In this document: positions 27,608 through 41,245 of the stretch, piece after piece
Layout: every line of letters starts with the position of its first letter
How positions within the stretch are numbered: the stretch's first letter is position 1
Source: Lingula anatina
Lineage: Eukaryota; Animalia; Brachiopoda
Length of the DNA: 64,000 bases
Direction: 5' to 3'
Assembly (NCBI GenBank): GCA_051362555.1
Contig: CM120644.1
Span: forward strand, 11,058,567 to 11,122,566
Translations under genes and position numbers: made by a program
Notes under the pieces: generated by a model
What the model was told of the DNA's origin: nothing
What the model saw: only the letters and a program-made list of their open reading frames with translations
Database searches by the model: none

Positions 27608-28156
27608 CCCCATTCACACTACAGTTGCCAAAATGCGCATTTCTATAATTCGGATTTTTCTTAAGGAATCCGATTCGGTATTGCGTTCACACTCGCTAAG
27701 CGAATCCGAATCCCATGTTGAAAATTTCAGGTTTAACTTCCTGTTTTGAACACTCGCGCATGCGCCGCACAGGAAATCTTAAAATACCAACAAAAATTTG
27801 TGACGACAAATGCAACTCAGAAGACATTCCAGCATTCTTGAGAAGTATAAGGTGGCAAAATAAGTTTGTTTCCTCATGTTGTAGTGAGTGGTGACCTCCA
27901 AATACGTTTGGTGCAATCGCTAAAGTAATAAACAAGCGTTCATAGATATCCGCACTTATCAGCACACATGCGCAGTAAGATCTGTACAGGTGTCCATTCC
28001 GGTAAGTTATCCGGATCGCGCTTAGAAATCCACCTCGCTTGCAGGATTTTGAAAATGCGCATTACAGAAATCCTCTTGCGTTCACACTACTGCATTTATT
28101 CGAATTGTGACCTAATTCGCAATTTATCCGGATAACTGAGCATAGTGTGAACGGGG
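27608..28156. mobile_element. 549-bp non-autonomous TIR element, TA TSD
   Basis: TA|CCCCATTCACACTA ... TAGTGTGAACGGGG|TA; internal repeats of gcgttcacact and aaaatgcgcatt; CpG-rich. Confidence 0.8.
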
Positions 28157-28859
28157 TATTTGTTTGCAGGACTTAGCCACCTTTTGAAATTCCTCAAATC
28201 CTTCAACAATCATCATATTGGCTTCATTAGATAGATGATTCAGCCTTTTCTATACTGACTGCAGGCCATATAATACAACTCTACATATGATATTGAGAAA
28301 ATTCCTCCTACATCTTGTTCTGACATTTATTAAATGCTGCAGTTAATCTAAATCAAAATGAACATATAGGTATGTTAGACAGCTGACACACCCCCATATA
28401 TTAAATGCCCTTGCTAAGTGTACCATCCATTTTTTAAGATTCTTTCCATAATAATTGTTGTCTGTCACATAAATGCAGACAATGGGATCAAAGAAAAAGA
28501 AGACTAAAAAGGACAAAAAAAAAAGAAAAAAAAAGAATTTAGTTATTTCTGTACCACAGAAACAATGTACTTACATCCAATCATGCAATTGCATTCCACT
28601 AAAAACCTGTTTCTGTAAAAATGTGGCGACAAACCTGAACTTTTCTTTCAAAATATCCTTTAAATCCTATATATCACCTTTCATTTCAGACAGTCCACTC
28701 TTTGTCAACTTCTTGTTTTTTAACCTGTGTGAGGTTCAGTTACATATGTTTACAGGTTTCACTAGCCGATGAACAGAGAATTAAGTTTGGCTCAGATGGA
28801 AAATATACAATAATGTATATGCCAGTAGCTATATATTTCTTTTAAATTACTTAAATTTT

Positions 28860-29243
28860 TCACTCTTCTCTCCATCCAACCTTCCCTATCATCTCCTCTC
28901 TGAGTCTCATACACTATCTCCTTGTAAATCTCTCTCCCCTCTCTTTCTCATTCCATTCACTTTTTTCTCTGTACCTCCCTCACACTCTCCCTCTCTTTCT
29001 TTCATTCCATTCACCCCTCACTTCCATTAATTCTTTCTCTGCATCTCTCTCCCACCTCTCTCTTCCTCTTTCTTTCATTCCATTCACCCCTCACTCCCAT
29101 TCATTTTTTCTCTGTATCTTCCTCCCACCGCCCTCTCTCTTTCTCTTGCTCTTTTTCTCTCTCTCTCTCAATCACACCTTGCCTTTTCCACTTACTCTTT
29201 CTCCACCCCCCCTTCCCTCTCTACCCCCCCCCCCCCCCCTCTC
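28860..29243. repeat. CT-rich low-complexity tract with internal repeats
   Basis: Repeated ctctttct..cattccattcac and poly-C. Confidence 0.8.
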
Positions 29244-31062
29244 AAGTAATTAATTAACACACATAAAGAAAGGCAGACTTATCCGAATGTTCACAACTCT
29301 GACCTGTGCAGGCTGCTGCGGCGGCACGCATTAACTGTCACTTAGTCCCGGCCCATGTGTATCACATGTATCACCATCCAGACTTTGCTTCACAAAATTA
29401 AAATGATTCTGGCACACCATATGTGCAGTGCGCCCACGTGTATTTTGACGGCAAACCAAAATAATAAATTACTCACTGCTGTCTCTCAACTTTTCTCAAT
29501 AAATTTGGCACGGTTTGCGCATTCTATCATTCGTAAAATATTTCAATTATTTAAAAGAATAAATGAAACAGTGAATGTAAATCCCTCCCTGTATTAATAA
29601 TTTAAAATAAATAAACGGAATAGTGGATGGGAAGATGAACAAATGAATAGTCAAACCAACAAATATATAAATGAAAACAAATATAGAGACACACAAAGAG
29701 ACAAGAATGTTACTCCTACGTGTGACAACAGAACAAATCTTTGTAACAATCAATCAATCAACAACAGATGTTATCTTCACTCTTATGATCATAATCACTT
29801 CAACTCGTTTTTTTTTTTCTTCTACCCGATGTGTTACCTGTAAGTCTGGCAATGCACGTGTCCCATTCGTGCTACATGGAATACTACTGTAGAAGTGCAC
29901 TCACAAACACAATCTAAATGAGTATCTTGACCATCTGACCACTGAACCACCTTAACCACTACATCCACAGCTGGTATAAACAAAAAACAGGCACCTTGAC
30001 CATCTTGACCACCTTGACCACAGCCGGGATGACAAACTGCTCGCGTCAAAACATGTTATCTAATTTTTGACAAATTATTTCATGCTTGGTTGTTCTTGTT
30101 GTTCTTAGCGAGACTCCTCTTCATGTTCTGACAAGGAGGCCAACACAATGGAAAAATTTGGCTTGCTGACAATCAAGATTCCATCTTGTTTGATGACAAA
30201 ACATTCTCCTATGTTTTTGGCACTATTTCTCAGTCCACGTCTTATTTATAATCATCTGAGTATGTTGTATATGCGAATATGTAAAAAAGTCATGAAACAC
30301 ATAGTGCTGCAAACATTTTAGTCATCAATAAAGTAGACTATGTTTTCCTTCCTTTCTTTTTAAAACTATATTCAAATTAAAAAAAAAAAAACAAAACAAA
30401 TTTCTACTCACAGAATCAACATATACTTCCAAGTCTTTTTCCACTTGCCTTAAACAATGGGCACATTCTGATATTGACTCCAAACCAAATGATGGCATTG
30501 TTGCTGATGGCCATTTTCATAGCTCCATCAATACTTTCAAATTAACAGCAAAAGAAAAAAAAACATAAGCACATCAATTATTGGGCCCTTGGATCCAAAA
30601 AATAGTCATTAATTTGACTCTGATTCCCATTGGCACTAGACTACAGACTTTTTAATTACCATGGATTATCCCTCCAAGGTGTTGCTGCCAAAAAGCATCT
30701 TATTGATTTTTAGAGTGCTGTAACTTCTCACAAATTCTGAGCCAAATTGTTGAACCTTATTTTCAAACACAATGGCAACAGGGGTAATGGTTTAAAATTT
30801 CTAAAAGAAGCAGGCTTATGTCAGATAGTACATTTTTGTAAGAAGCATTAAATAATGAACTTTGAAGAAAATTAACAATTTATTCAAGTAGATACTTAAA
30901 ACATACAATCACCAGATTCATCACAGTGACTTGGCTAAGCATTTACAGTTATTGTTTTTTCTTGCCTATGGGAAAATGAAATTAATCTTGTTAACTAGAA
31001 AGAAAGATCCAGTTATATAATCCAATACTGTATCATTCTATAACAAGATAAAAACAAAAAAA

Positions 31063-33756
31063 AACAAGGCAGCAAAGCTGTCAAATGTACAGACAAAAAG
31101 CAGGAAATAACTATGCACAAAATAGGCTACTGTCAATTCTGATGCAAAAGTACATTATGTTTGACTGTAAATTCAACATCAAATTTTAATTATGCTCAAC
31201 AGGTAATACCAATGAAAGTAAAATGTGTAACAAGCATAAGGCTTCAGGCCCATGAGAGTTCAAGTTCACACTTTGAAAATGTATAACTTCCAGAAAAAGA
31301 AGCCAATTAGACTGCTTTTCCAACTCAGGCTGCATGCCGATTTTCGAACTTGACCTCCGTTTTAGTAAGATCGATTACTCCTGAGAGTTTCACGACAACA
31401 GGCCTATCGGTTTTCCTTGAAATGTGTTTACAGTGTTGCATATATGTTGAAAAGTGAAAAAAAAAGCATAACTTCTACAATAATGGCCCGATCATCCTGA
31501 TTTTCGAACTTGACCTGCGTTTTATGAATATTCATCAGCTCTTTAAATATAAAGCCCAAAAGTAAAACTGCCTTCCACTTATCGTGTTTACAATGAAAGT
31601 GCAAGGTGCCGGCAACGGCGATGACGGCGACGACAGACGCAGGTGATGGCAATATGTACAGACACATCTGTACATATTTACTGTACTGTTTGAGAACAGT
31701 AAGTGACATGGTTTTTCTTAAATGGTCATCATGGGAGCAGTGCCCAAAATAGGTTTTTTTCAAATTTTGATGCAATATTACATAATGTTTAACAGCATAA
31801 TGACCATCAATTTTTAAGAATAAAATATTAGTATCATGGATATTCAGAAAATGTGACTAGCAAAGGTCTTCAGGCCCATGGAACTACAAAGCCACAACTT
31901 GAAAATGCCAAAATGTAAACAAGACAGCACTGTTCCGAAATGGGTTTATTTCCATTTTTAACAATTTTTAACATAAAACAAAATTAACAGTTTACTGCCA
32001 TTTTTATATTATCAACTAAGAAAATTGATGAGATGGGAAAAGTATCAATAGAACAGTGTTAAATGTCCAATTTCCTCCATTCTGAGATTCTGAACATAGT
32101 GAATGATTCAATCTGACAAACTGCAATGATATGAATTTATTTCCATTTTTGAAACTTTATTACACAATACACAATACCAAGTTTAACATCATTTTTACAA
32201 AATCAACTAACAATGTTGTAAAGATGCAGGAAATGTCAAAAAACCACTTTTACATATCTTATTAATTAAATAATGAAACTGTTAACATGCCTAAGAATTG
32301 AATCTAAGGAAATGTAAAAAACAGCATAACTTCTAAAATAGTGGCCCGATTATGCTGATTTTTGAACTTAACCTGCAATTTAGCAGGATTGACCACTCCT
32401 GTGAGTTTAATGACAATTGGCCTATCTGTTTTTTCTTATATTGTGTTTACAGTGTTGCATATAAGCTGAAAAAAGAAAAAAAAGCATAACTACTAAAATA
32501 GTGGCCCGATCATGCCAATTTCGAACTTGACCTGCGTTTTAGTAAGATCAATTTTTCCTGTGAGTTTCATGACAACAGGCCTATCGGTTTTCGTTGAAAT
32601 GTGTTTACAGTGTTGCATATATGCTGAAAAGTGAAAAAACAGCATAACCTCTACAATAATGGCCCGATCATGCCGATTTTCGAACTTGACCTGCATTTTA
32701 TGAATATTCATCAGCTCTGTAAATATAAAGCCCAAAAAGTAAAACTGCCTTCCACTTATCGTGTTTACAATGAAAGTGCACGGCAACGACGGCGACGGCG
32801 ACGACAGACGCAGGTGATGGCAATATGTACAGACACATCTATATATATTTACTGTACTGTTTGAGAACAGTAAGTGACATGGTTTTTCTTAAATGGTCAT
32901 CATGGGAGCAGTGCCCAAAATAGGTTTTTTTCAAATTTTGATGCAATATTACATAATGTTTAACAGCATGATGACCATCAATTTTTAAGAATAAAATATT
33001 AGTATCATGGATATTCAGAAAATGTGACTAGCAAAGGTCTTCAGGCCCAAGGAACTTCAAAGTCACAACTTGAAAATGCCAAAATGTAAACAAGACAGCA
33101 CTGTTCTGAAATGTTTTGTTTCCATTTTTAACAATTTTTAACATAAAACAAAATTAACAGTTTACTGCCATTTTTATATTATCAACTAAGAAAATTGATG
33201 AGATGGGAAAAATATCAATAGAATAGTGTTAAATGTCCAATTTCTTCCATTCTGAGATTCTGAACATAGTGAATGATTCAATCTGACAAACTGCAATGAT
33301 ATGAGTTTATTTCCATTTTTGAAACTTTATTACACAATACACGATAACAAGTTTACCATCATTTTTACAAAATCAACTAACAATGTTGTAAAGATGCAGG
33401 AAATGTCAAACAAACACTTTTACGTATCTTATTAGTTTAATAATGAGACTGTTAACATGCCTAAGAATTGAATCTGAGGAAATGTGAAAAATATGCTGAA
33501 AAGTGAAAAAAACAGCATAACTTCTACAATAATGGCCCGATCATGCTGATTTTCGAACTTGACCTGCATTTTATGAATATTCATCAGCTCTGTAAATATA
33601 AAGCTAAAAAGTAAAACTGCCCTCCACTTATCGTGTTTACAAGGAAAGTGCACGGCGCCGCCATCGCCATCGGCATCGCCATCGGCATCGCCATCGGCGA
33701 CGACAGACGCAGGTGATGGCAATATGTACAGACACATCTGTGTCTGTACATAAAAA
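31063..33756 (-). mobile_element. Helentron/HINE copy 2, internally multimerised
   Basis: Same termini as 20909-22326; the end block gacgcaggtgatggcaatatgtacagacacatct occurs three times (~31636, ~32806, ~33706); (GCCATC/GGCATC)n microsatellite at ~33655-33700. Confidence 0.8.
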
Positions 33757-33986
33757 ACAAGCAGTCTTTACTATACAGAATTGTCAAAAAAAAAAAAAAA
33801 AATTGCTTACACATATATGTTGTTCACACTGTAAACTTGCCTGACTGAAGTTGTTTTGTCCCTTGGTTGGAAACTCCATACCTTCATTCTGTATTTCAAA
33901 AGTACTAATTAATATTATAAAGAAATTTCTTGAACATTTTGGGTATTGCCAACCTCTGTATCTCACAGTGAAATACAAAAGTTCAG

Positions 33987-34094
33987 GGCCCAGTTTTTTA
34001 TAGGGTGTTTAGCACTAACCAGCATTTAGAAAGTTTATCCACTGGAAAGACTTATGCACTGGTTAGTGCTAAATGCTCTTTATAAAACTGGACC
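33987..34094. mobile_element. Small palindromic MITE with CAG TSD
   Basis: ggcccagtttt..ata..tttagcactaaccag / ctggttagtgctaaa..tataaaactggacc; CAG both sides. Confidence 0.75.
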
Positions 34095-35700
34095 CAGCAC
34101 TTAGTCTAAAACAAAAATTCTACACGTCAACAGGACTAAGGGTAGCTAGCATATGTCATTTGCACATCAACAGACTCGTGTGCCATCTTCTTATATACCC
34201 AAAGAACCTTGGAAGTGAGAATAAACCAATTTCTGTATGAGCTACACTGATCTCTATAGATCATTGTTGCATAATAACATATTTTTGAGATATATGACTG
34301 CGGCAGTGCGGCTGATCATGATGTTATACCATGAGATGGATGGCAAGAACATGTGGTGCACCTCGCATACTGGGTGGTGCATCTACATCAGGCTTTGCAT
34401 TTGTGAATTACATCACGTTGACTTGTAGCGATACTGTAATTACCTTATCAGGCAGAGATGAAACTTCTGGGATAATTTCTGTCATTGTAAACTGAACTGC
34501 TCTAGGACAAAACCAAAAACACTTTTTTCATAATCATCCCAAATGTAAAAAACCTGCCAATCAAGAGAACAATTTCCCATAGACTGATAAAACATGAGAA
34601 CTGATTGGTCCATTCCTAGATTAGCATGTAAACTAACAGGTGTGTGGATGAATAAAACAGGTGTCATTTGAGGTAAACAATAAAACTGCATTTGAGGTAA
34701 ACAATAAAACTGTTTGAAAGTCAATATTTGATATTTTTTGTTTTACTTCACGCTGGCATTGATGTAGAGACAGTTGCCTACCCTAAAAAAAAAAAAAAAT
34801 AAATAAAAAATACTTTCTCCATTTGTAGATCAGCAATCAGTTTTATTTGGTGTGTGTGTGTGTGTGGGGGGGGGGGTAATTAAAACTGTATAAAAAACCC
34901 CTATCATAACTTGCGGGCTTGTGGTCAATATGTCTGTGGCCTTAGTTTCATATCTTCCATCAATTAATTTCATCATGCTATATCCCTGGAAGTCCCAGAT
35001 GAGCAGAGGACGTGTTGTTATGAAAGTATTTGAGGCCCTAGCAATAAATAACACTGGTGAACCACGCAAGTATTGTAAAGAAAAGACTCTGTCACTGTCT
35101 TTGTATGACTACTATTAAATACACAGACATTTTTCTTCATACGACAAATTTATGTTGCAAGCGTACATTGCCAACAGGTCGACATTTTAATCTTACAAGA
35201 CATTTTGGTAAACATATAAATCTGCTGACATATACTCTACAAGCATGAAAGGCAAAAAAAAAAAAAAAAAAAAAAAAAAAACCCTGAAGGATTAACAACA
35301 GAAGGCAGACAGTCATCCATCAAAATTATGAAACAAAATCTTTTTCAGCCACATGAGTTTTTTTGTTTACAAACCCTCATGTGCTAATGGCCAAAGATAC
35401 ATAGATATAGGCATTAAGAGCATTGTACTAAATCCAGGCAACCACTTAGCTACTAGTAGGCTATGCAATTAAATGATACAAAAAAACAGGTATCACGTCC
35501 TTATTTAATTATGAAAAGCCTATTAACTAATGGAATATATTAATTTTTTATCACTAATAGCAAAAATATTAAGCTTATTGGTCTATTTTTCTATTTTTTT
35601 TTAAATTAATTTTTTCATCATTTGAGATTACAGTCAATTAAGCACTGTTTAATTTCATAAACCTAGAAAAGTTATCTGTCTATACAAGGAGACACACTCT

Positions 35701-35883
35701 CATTCAGAACAGAGGACTAACAGATTAGCGGATCAACTATGGCCGTCCCACTTGAATGCTTGTTGCGTAATCCCCGCGGGGAATCTTTTCAGTGCCTATA
35801 ACCAAGAATTAAGCAGCAAGCTTTTTAGTCGGTCGCCATATTTGATCTGCGGATCTGTTAGTCCACTGTTCTGAATGCGCTCT
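35701..35883. mobile_element. Palindromic MITE related to 10122-10393
   Basis: cattcagaacagaggactaacagat / atctgttagtccactgttctgaatg inverted arms; shares tatggccg.cccactt. Confidence 0.7.
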
Positions 35884-35922
35884 TAGTGTTTACAACAAAG
35901 CATCGGAAAACATCGTACTTCA

Positions 35923-36082
35923 CAGGGGCAGATCCAGAGATATTTTCTTCCAAATTATCTTTGTTGATCCATCCTCCATTTTTGACCGTCTTCTGACAGA
36001 AAAAATCAGATACCCGTCAATGTAAACTTGAATATCTGACCGTATTCTGGGTCTTCCAGAAGACGGCCTAAATCCGCCTCTG
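35923..36082 (+). mobile_element. MITE family A copy 2
   Basis: CAGGGGCAGATCC...AATCCGCCTCTG termini; 5-bp TSD CTTCA. Confidence 0.85.
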
Positions 36083-36387
36083 CTTCAGTTTGCAATGGTG
36101 ATATATGTGTTTCAATTTTGTGGTCATGAAGTGTGTAGAATGACTTCTAAAACATGAAACCTCAATCTGTTCTGCTTTGGTTCTGAGGCAAAGTCAATAC
36201 TGAAGTCAGGCTTGTAAAAGCTTTCTCATTATCTAACCTCTATACTGCACTAGGTTTAGCTGTGTTTATCAGAATTTTTTTCACTTTTCATACCCTCTGA
36301 ATACTGTTAGTTTTCAAAACAAGATCTGTTTGACTGTCTTTCTGTTTGTACTTTCTGTTCAACAGTCAATCCCTTAGGCAGGACATT

Positions 36388-37165
36388 AGTCAGTGAGCCA
36401 ATCAGTCAGTCAGCATGTCATTTAGTCTGTTCACAAGTCAATATTATGTCAGTCAGTCAGTCAGTTAATTAAGCACTGCATCAGTCAGCATGTCAGTCTA
36501 TCAGTCAGTCAGTCAGTCAGTCAAGCAGTGCATCAGTCAGCATGTCAGTCTATCAGTCAGTCAGTCAGTCAGTCAATCAAGCAGTGCATCAGTCTGCATG
36601 TCAGTCTATCAGTCAGTCAGTCAGTCAATTAAGCAGTGCATCAGTCAGCATGTCAGTCTATCAGTCAGTCAGTCAGTCAGTCAATCAAGCAGTGCATCAG
36701 TCAGCATGTCAGTCTATCAGTCAGTCAGTCAGTCAATCAAGCAGTGCATCAGTCAGCATGTCAGTCTATCAGTCAGTCAGTCAGTCAGTCAGTCAATTAA
36801 GCAGTGCATCAGTCAGCATGTCAGTTTATCAGTCAGTCAGTCAATTAAGCAGTGCATCAGTCAGCATGTCAGTCTATCAGTCAGTCAGTCAGTCAATTAA
36901 GAAGTGCATCAGTCAGCATGTCAGTCTATCAGTCAGTCAGTCAGTCAATTAAGAAGTGCATCAGTCAGCATGTCAGTCTATCAGTCAGTCAGTCAGTCAA
37001 TCAAGCAGTGCATCAGTCAGCATGTCAGTCTATCAGTCAGTCAGTCAATTAAGCAGTGCATCAGTCAGCATGTCAGTCTATCAGTCAGTATGCCAGCCAG
37101 TACATTAGTCGGCCAGTCTTTCAAGATGTCATTTGGCTAGTCACTCAGTCAGTCAGTTAGCTAGT
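36388..37165. repeat. (TCAG)n-based satellite with higher-order ~48-60 bp unit
   Basis: Unit AAGCAGTGCATCAGTCAGCATGTCAGTCTA(TCAG)nTCAATY repeated ~12 times; degenerate TCAG flanks. Confidence 0.95.
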
Positions 37166-37267
37166 CACTTAGTCTAAACAATACTAAACCCAAAAGTCCA
37201 GAAAAGGTTCATAAATACTTATGCATGTTGTCAACAATTGTCAAAAAAACCTAACAAGTCCACTTAC

Positions 37268-37343
37268 CTGATCGTGTGAGATACTCTCGTCTGCTCTCTA
37301 CGTGACGGCACACGAGATGGGAGATTTTTACATTAAATTCAGT
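37268..37343 (-). other. Putative 76-nt leader exon
   Basis: Acceptor ttcatttcactgattttag|ACTG and consensus donor CAG|gtaagt; CpG-richer than the flanks. Confidence 0.45.
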
Positions 37344-38972
37344 CTAAAATCAGTGAAATGAATGACGATTCTTGAGTGTGTTCCAACACTATTATTATAT
37401 TGAAGGCTTTAAGTATGTAAAATTTAGCTCTCTTCAAATGAAATCAGTCTGTCCACAGCTAGCGTTCTACGAGTTCACAAAATTAGAAGAAATACAAAGT
37501 AAACAAGTTTGATATGGTGCAGTTTGCCTGAGCATTTAAGTCTCATGCTGCATGTAATTAAGCTAATACATATGCAAAGGGAATTGACCCGTGAAATTTC
37601 TGACAAGAAAAAATTCTCGGTGGTAACATCTCGCACAAAACTGATTTGCTATATTTTCCCAGAACAATAGTTTATTGTGAATATCTAAAAAAGGAACCTG
37701 AAATTTAAGTTTGAATTATGCCAGTATGTTCCCCTTGTAAACTTGTCACTTGAGATAAACCCAGAAAATTTTGGAATTATTGCAAAGAAAATAAGAGTTG
37801 GAAATCAGTGAGCAAATAACAGTAAATAATAATACAATGAATGCACAGTACCGCGTCAAATCAGACTGGCAGAGTCAGAAGGTGAGTGCATCTTAGGGAA
37901 ATCGACCAGACCTCCTCCTTAACTGAGAATACATTTTTTAAAACTCTCTGAACGAAAAAAAGAAAAAAATGTTTTCACCACAGACATTAGTTAACTGTCA
38001 AGATACAATGGACACAATATCCTGGGTAGATCGACTGGGGACAGCGTTGACAGTCATCTCACAAAGCCAGTTCTATGAGATCAGCTTTGACAAATGTGAA
38101 TCCAGTCTCTCTAGAATCCACAGACAAAGTACTATTCTGTCTCAGAACAATGCTTTATAGAGGGCAGATCTACCAAAACACTTTTCGCTTAAAAACAATT
38201 TTATATGTGCTACCAAAATAGGATTTATATTTGTTATTTAACATTTGTGATTTTATTTACAGACAAACGAAATCATAAAGAGGATTTATAAAAATTAACA
38301 ATAGATCACAAAGATAATTTTGACACTAGCTCTACTGACTCCTACAACTCCATGGTACTTTCATACTGAAGATTATGCTGAAAAACAAAAGCCCACTTTA
38401 AGAGATTGGCGACTTAATTAACAGTCTGCCGATAACAGCCACCTAATGCAACTCCAGCAATAGACAACGCCATTTTTTTTAACCTTTAAGAGCAAGAAGC
38501 AAACTTGTTGAAAACTTTTGAAAGGGAGGAAAACCATACCAGGACCTCTCACGATGGACTGGTCCAGTTAAGTGTATCGCTCATCTGTAGTGCACAGACA
38601 TTACATGCGTAATCCTCCTAGTGATAATCACATAATATGTTCTGGCACTTAAATCTTTCTGGTCTGGTGCACTCTTAAGTATCTTGCTGCTGTACTAAGT
38701 ATTAGTGTAACACAGTGCACATATAATGACGCTTCGCTCTATTACTATATATGAATAACATAAATACTTAACATCATGTCTTATTTCGTAAATTTTTACA
38801 AAACTCTCATGTCCTCCATCTGTTTCTTTCTCATTCCATTTCATTCATTAGTATATCCAACATCTTTTCACAAAACTCTCATGCCCCCCTCCCTCTTTCT
38901 CTTTGTCTCTTTCCATTTCATTCATTTGTACATCTATCCGTGCTTTCAAATACATGTAGCATGCAGACTTAC

Positions 38973-39145
38973 CTGGGGTAGCGCTAACACTCGCCAATTT
39001 AGCCAAATGCTAAAACTTACTTAAATTGGCTAAAGAAAAAGAGCTTGATTTGACTTGTTTTAGTCAAATTATAACCATTTTGATAACGAATTGACAAAAA
39101 AGTGGTAATTTGGCTAAGCGAGAAAAACTGCTAGCGCTACCCCAG
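38973..39145. mobile_element. MITE with 14-bp perfect TIR and 5-bp TSD CTTAC
   Basis: CTTAC|CTGGGGTAGCGCTA ... TAGCGCTACCCCAG|CTTAC. Confidence 0.85.
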
Positions 39146-40048
39146 CTTACCATCTCTTCTTCATGTGCTGTGCACATCTGAACAGTTAAAGATTCTACAA
39201 TACATCTTATATACTTTGCAAAAAAAAAAAAAAAAGTCAAAGTGTAGGCAAAACCATCTCGAAATGAGACCAGTAGAATGACGGATATGCAGAGGCATAA
39301 AGTACAATACTTTAATCAGACAGAAAAGGAAATTATGTAATGTCAAATTTCGAGTCACTTACCACGTCATTTGTGGAGGCCTCAAGTGCCACTGTACAGC
39401 CAGAGGAAATCACATATTAACACATATCAGAAAAAAAATCCTTAAGAGCAGGATGTCATAACTACGAGACGGAGTGAACTGGGTGAAAATATGGCTGCAA
39501 ATTCCATTGTTTGTTAAGATTAAAGGCAAACTATTCTGGCTGCTTCTCAAGTGCATCTTTTAAGAGCACGATTTCAGCAATTTCCTTGGACATAAGAGTC
39601 CTCACAATAAATGGGAAATGAACAATCACAACATAGCAATATTAAATTCTAGCTTACAGGTTATTCAGTGCATGTTCAGTACAAAGTCGCATTTACAGAC
39701 AGAGTTGTCAATATTTTACTTGTCAAATGCAGAAAACTACTGTTTTTCATATACATGTGTGTGGTTAAATAACAAAAAAAAAAAAAAAAAAAAAAAAATT
39801 AAATTGTGTTGCTTTTTCAGTCCATGAACTTTTTTTTTTTTTTTTTTTGGGGGGGGGGGGGGTGACAAACTGCTCTTTCTGCCAGAAAAAGCATAAAATT
39901 TGATCTAGGTAAATGAAAGTTTTATGGTGAAAGGTCCACTTTTTCAAAATAAAAAACCTGTTGGCTATGAACCTATCTGTCCTCCCTCAAGATGTACCTA
40001 CTAATTTATATATATGAACTTTCTCTTTGGAGCTTTTCTCTTTGTGTT

Positions 40049-40080
<32 letters not shown>

Positions 40081-40097
40081 CACACACACACACACAC
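40049..40097. repeat. (CA)n microsatellite
   Basis: CA run with one interruption. Confidence 0.95.
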
Positions 40098-41245
40098 CAA
40101 GAACACAAAGAGAAAAGCTCCAAAGAGAATTTTTATAAAAATTATATGTCTTAGAAAATTATAACTTATCCCAACCTTGGAAAGCATGAAGATCCCATAA
40201 TTAAGATAAATTAACTTGAGATTATTACTGTACTGATATGCGCCTCAAGAGTTAAAGCATTATTTTTGTTCTTGGGTGGTAAATTCCTTCCCTGCTTCTA
40301 CTTCAGATAATATCAGGTCTCATACACAATAATTGTGGTTTATAGAGCCACAAATAAATGATTGTGATCACCAGATTAATGACTAAAAGGGTGATTTTAT
40401 GGTCTAATTGTAAAAATACTTGTGTTTTTTTTTTCTTTTTTGCACTGTTAAGAAGATATAAATGTACAATATTAGACATATTGGGGGTTTCTTGATCACA
40501 AAATCCACTTGCTTAACTACAGTACTTATATCTTATACTGAAGGTTCACACAATTCATCACCTCAATCAATAAAAGTCTACAGTCAACAACCAATAAAAG
40601 AAACTTCATAAAACGGCAGAAAGATGTAAACAACTGCTTTCCCTATTAGGCTTAGATTTTCATAAGATTCAACAGTGTTCAGCTTAAGTATATATATTGG
40701 AAAACATACACCAGAACTTATGAAACAGAAAAACACTTGAACAGTGAGATGTCTGGAGGAGATCTACAAGTGCACTGGTCTTGCTGAACATCGCCAGACT
40801 GTCTAGGGAATTGGTCAGAGCAACAGCATCAGACTGGTCAATTCCATAGACACATTTAAAAGACCCTTAAGGCTGTCTAACACTTTTGTGGGGAGATAGC
40901 GAGAGATGAAAACCGCACTAATTAAAATTGATCTCACCACAGTTCCACAGTTTTATCTACATCAGAAGGATCAGCAGTTCAGCCATAAAATATGAACTAA
41001 GGTGGTAAGACTGACAGATATAAGACTGGCAACTAAACCACTTCGTAAGATTAAAAATGTATTTTGTCTTTGGACACAAATGTACACTAGTATATGTACA
41101 CCCTCGTACTCACTCAATCACATACTCAAACACCTGTCAGGTCTTACCTGTATAGAAAATATCTAAGTGGACAAAATGACCACATACTACATGGGTACTT
41201 GTCATGAAATTAAGTCCACCATCTGGCCACGGACAGGCATAGGGG

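Noticed and set aside
36470-37090. CRISPR-like regular repeat and S/Q/V-rich ORFs
   Set aside because: The spacers are just (TCAG)n, not unique; no cas genes; eukaryotic context; ORFs come from stop-free repeat frames.
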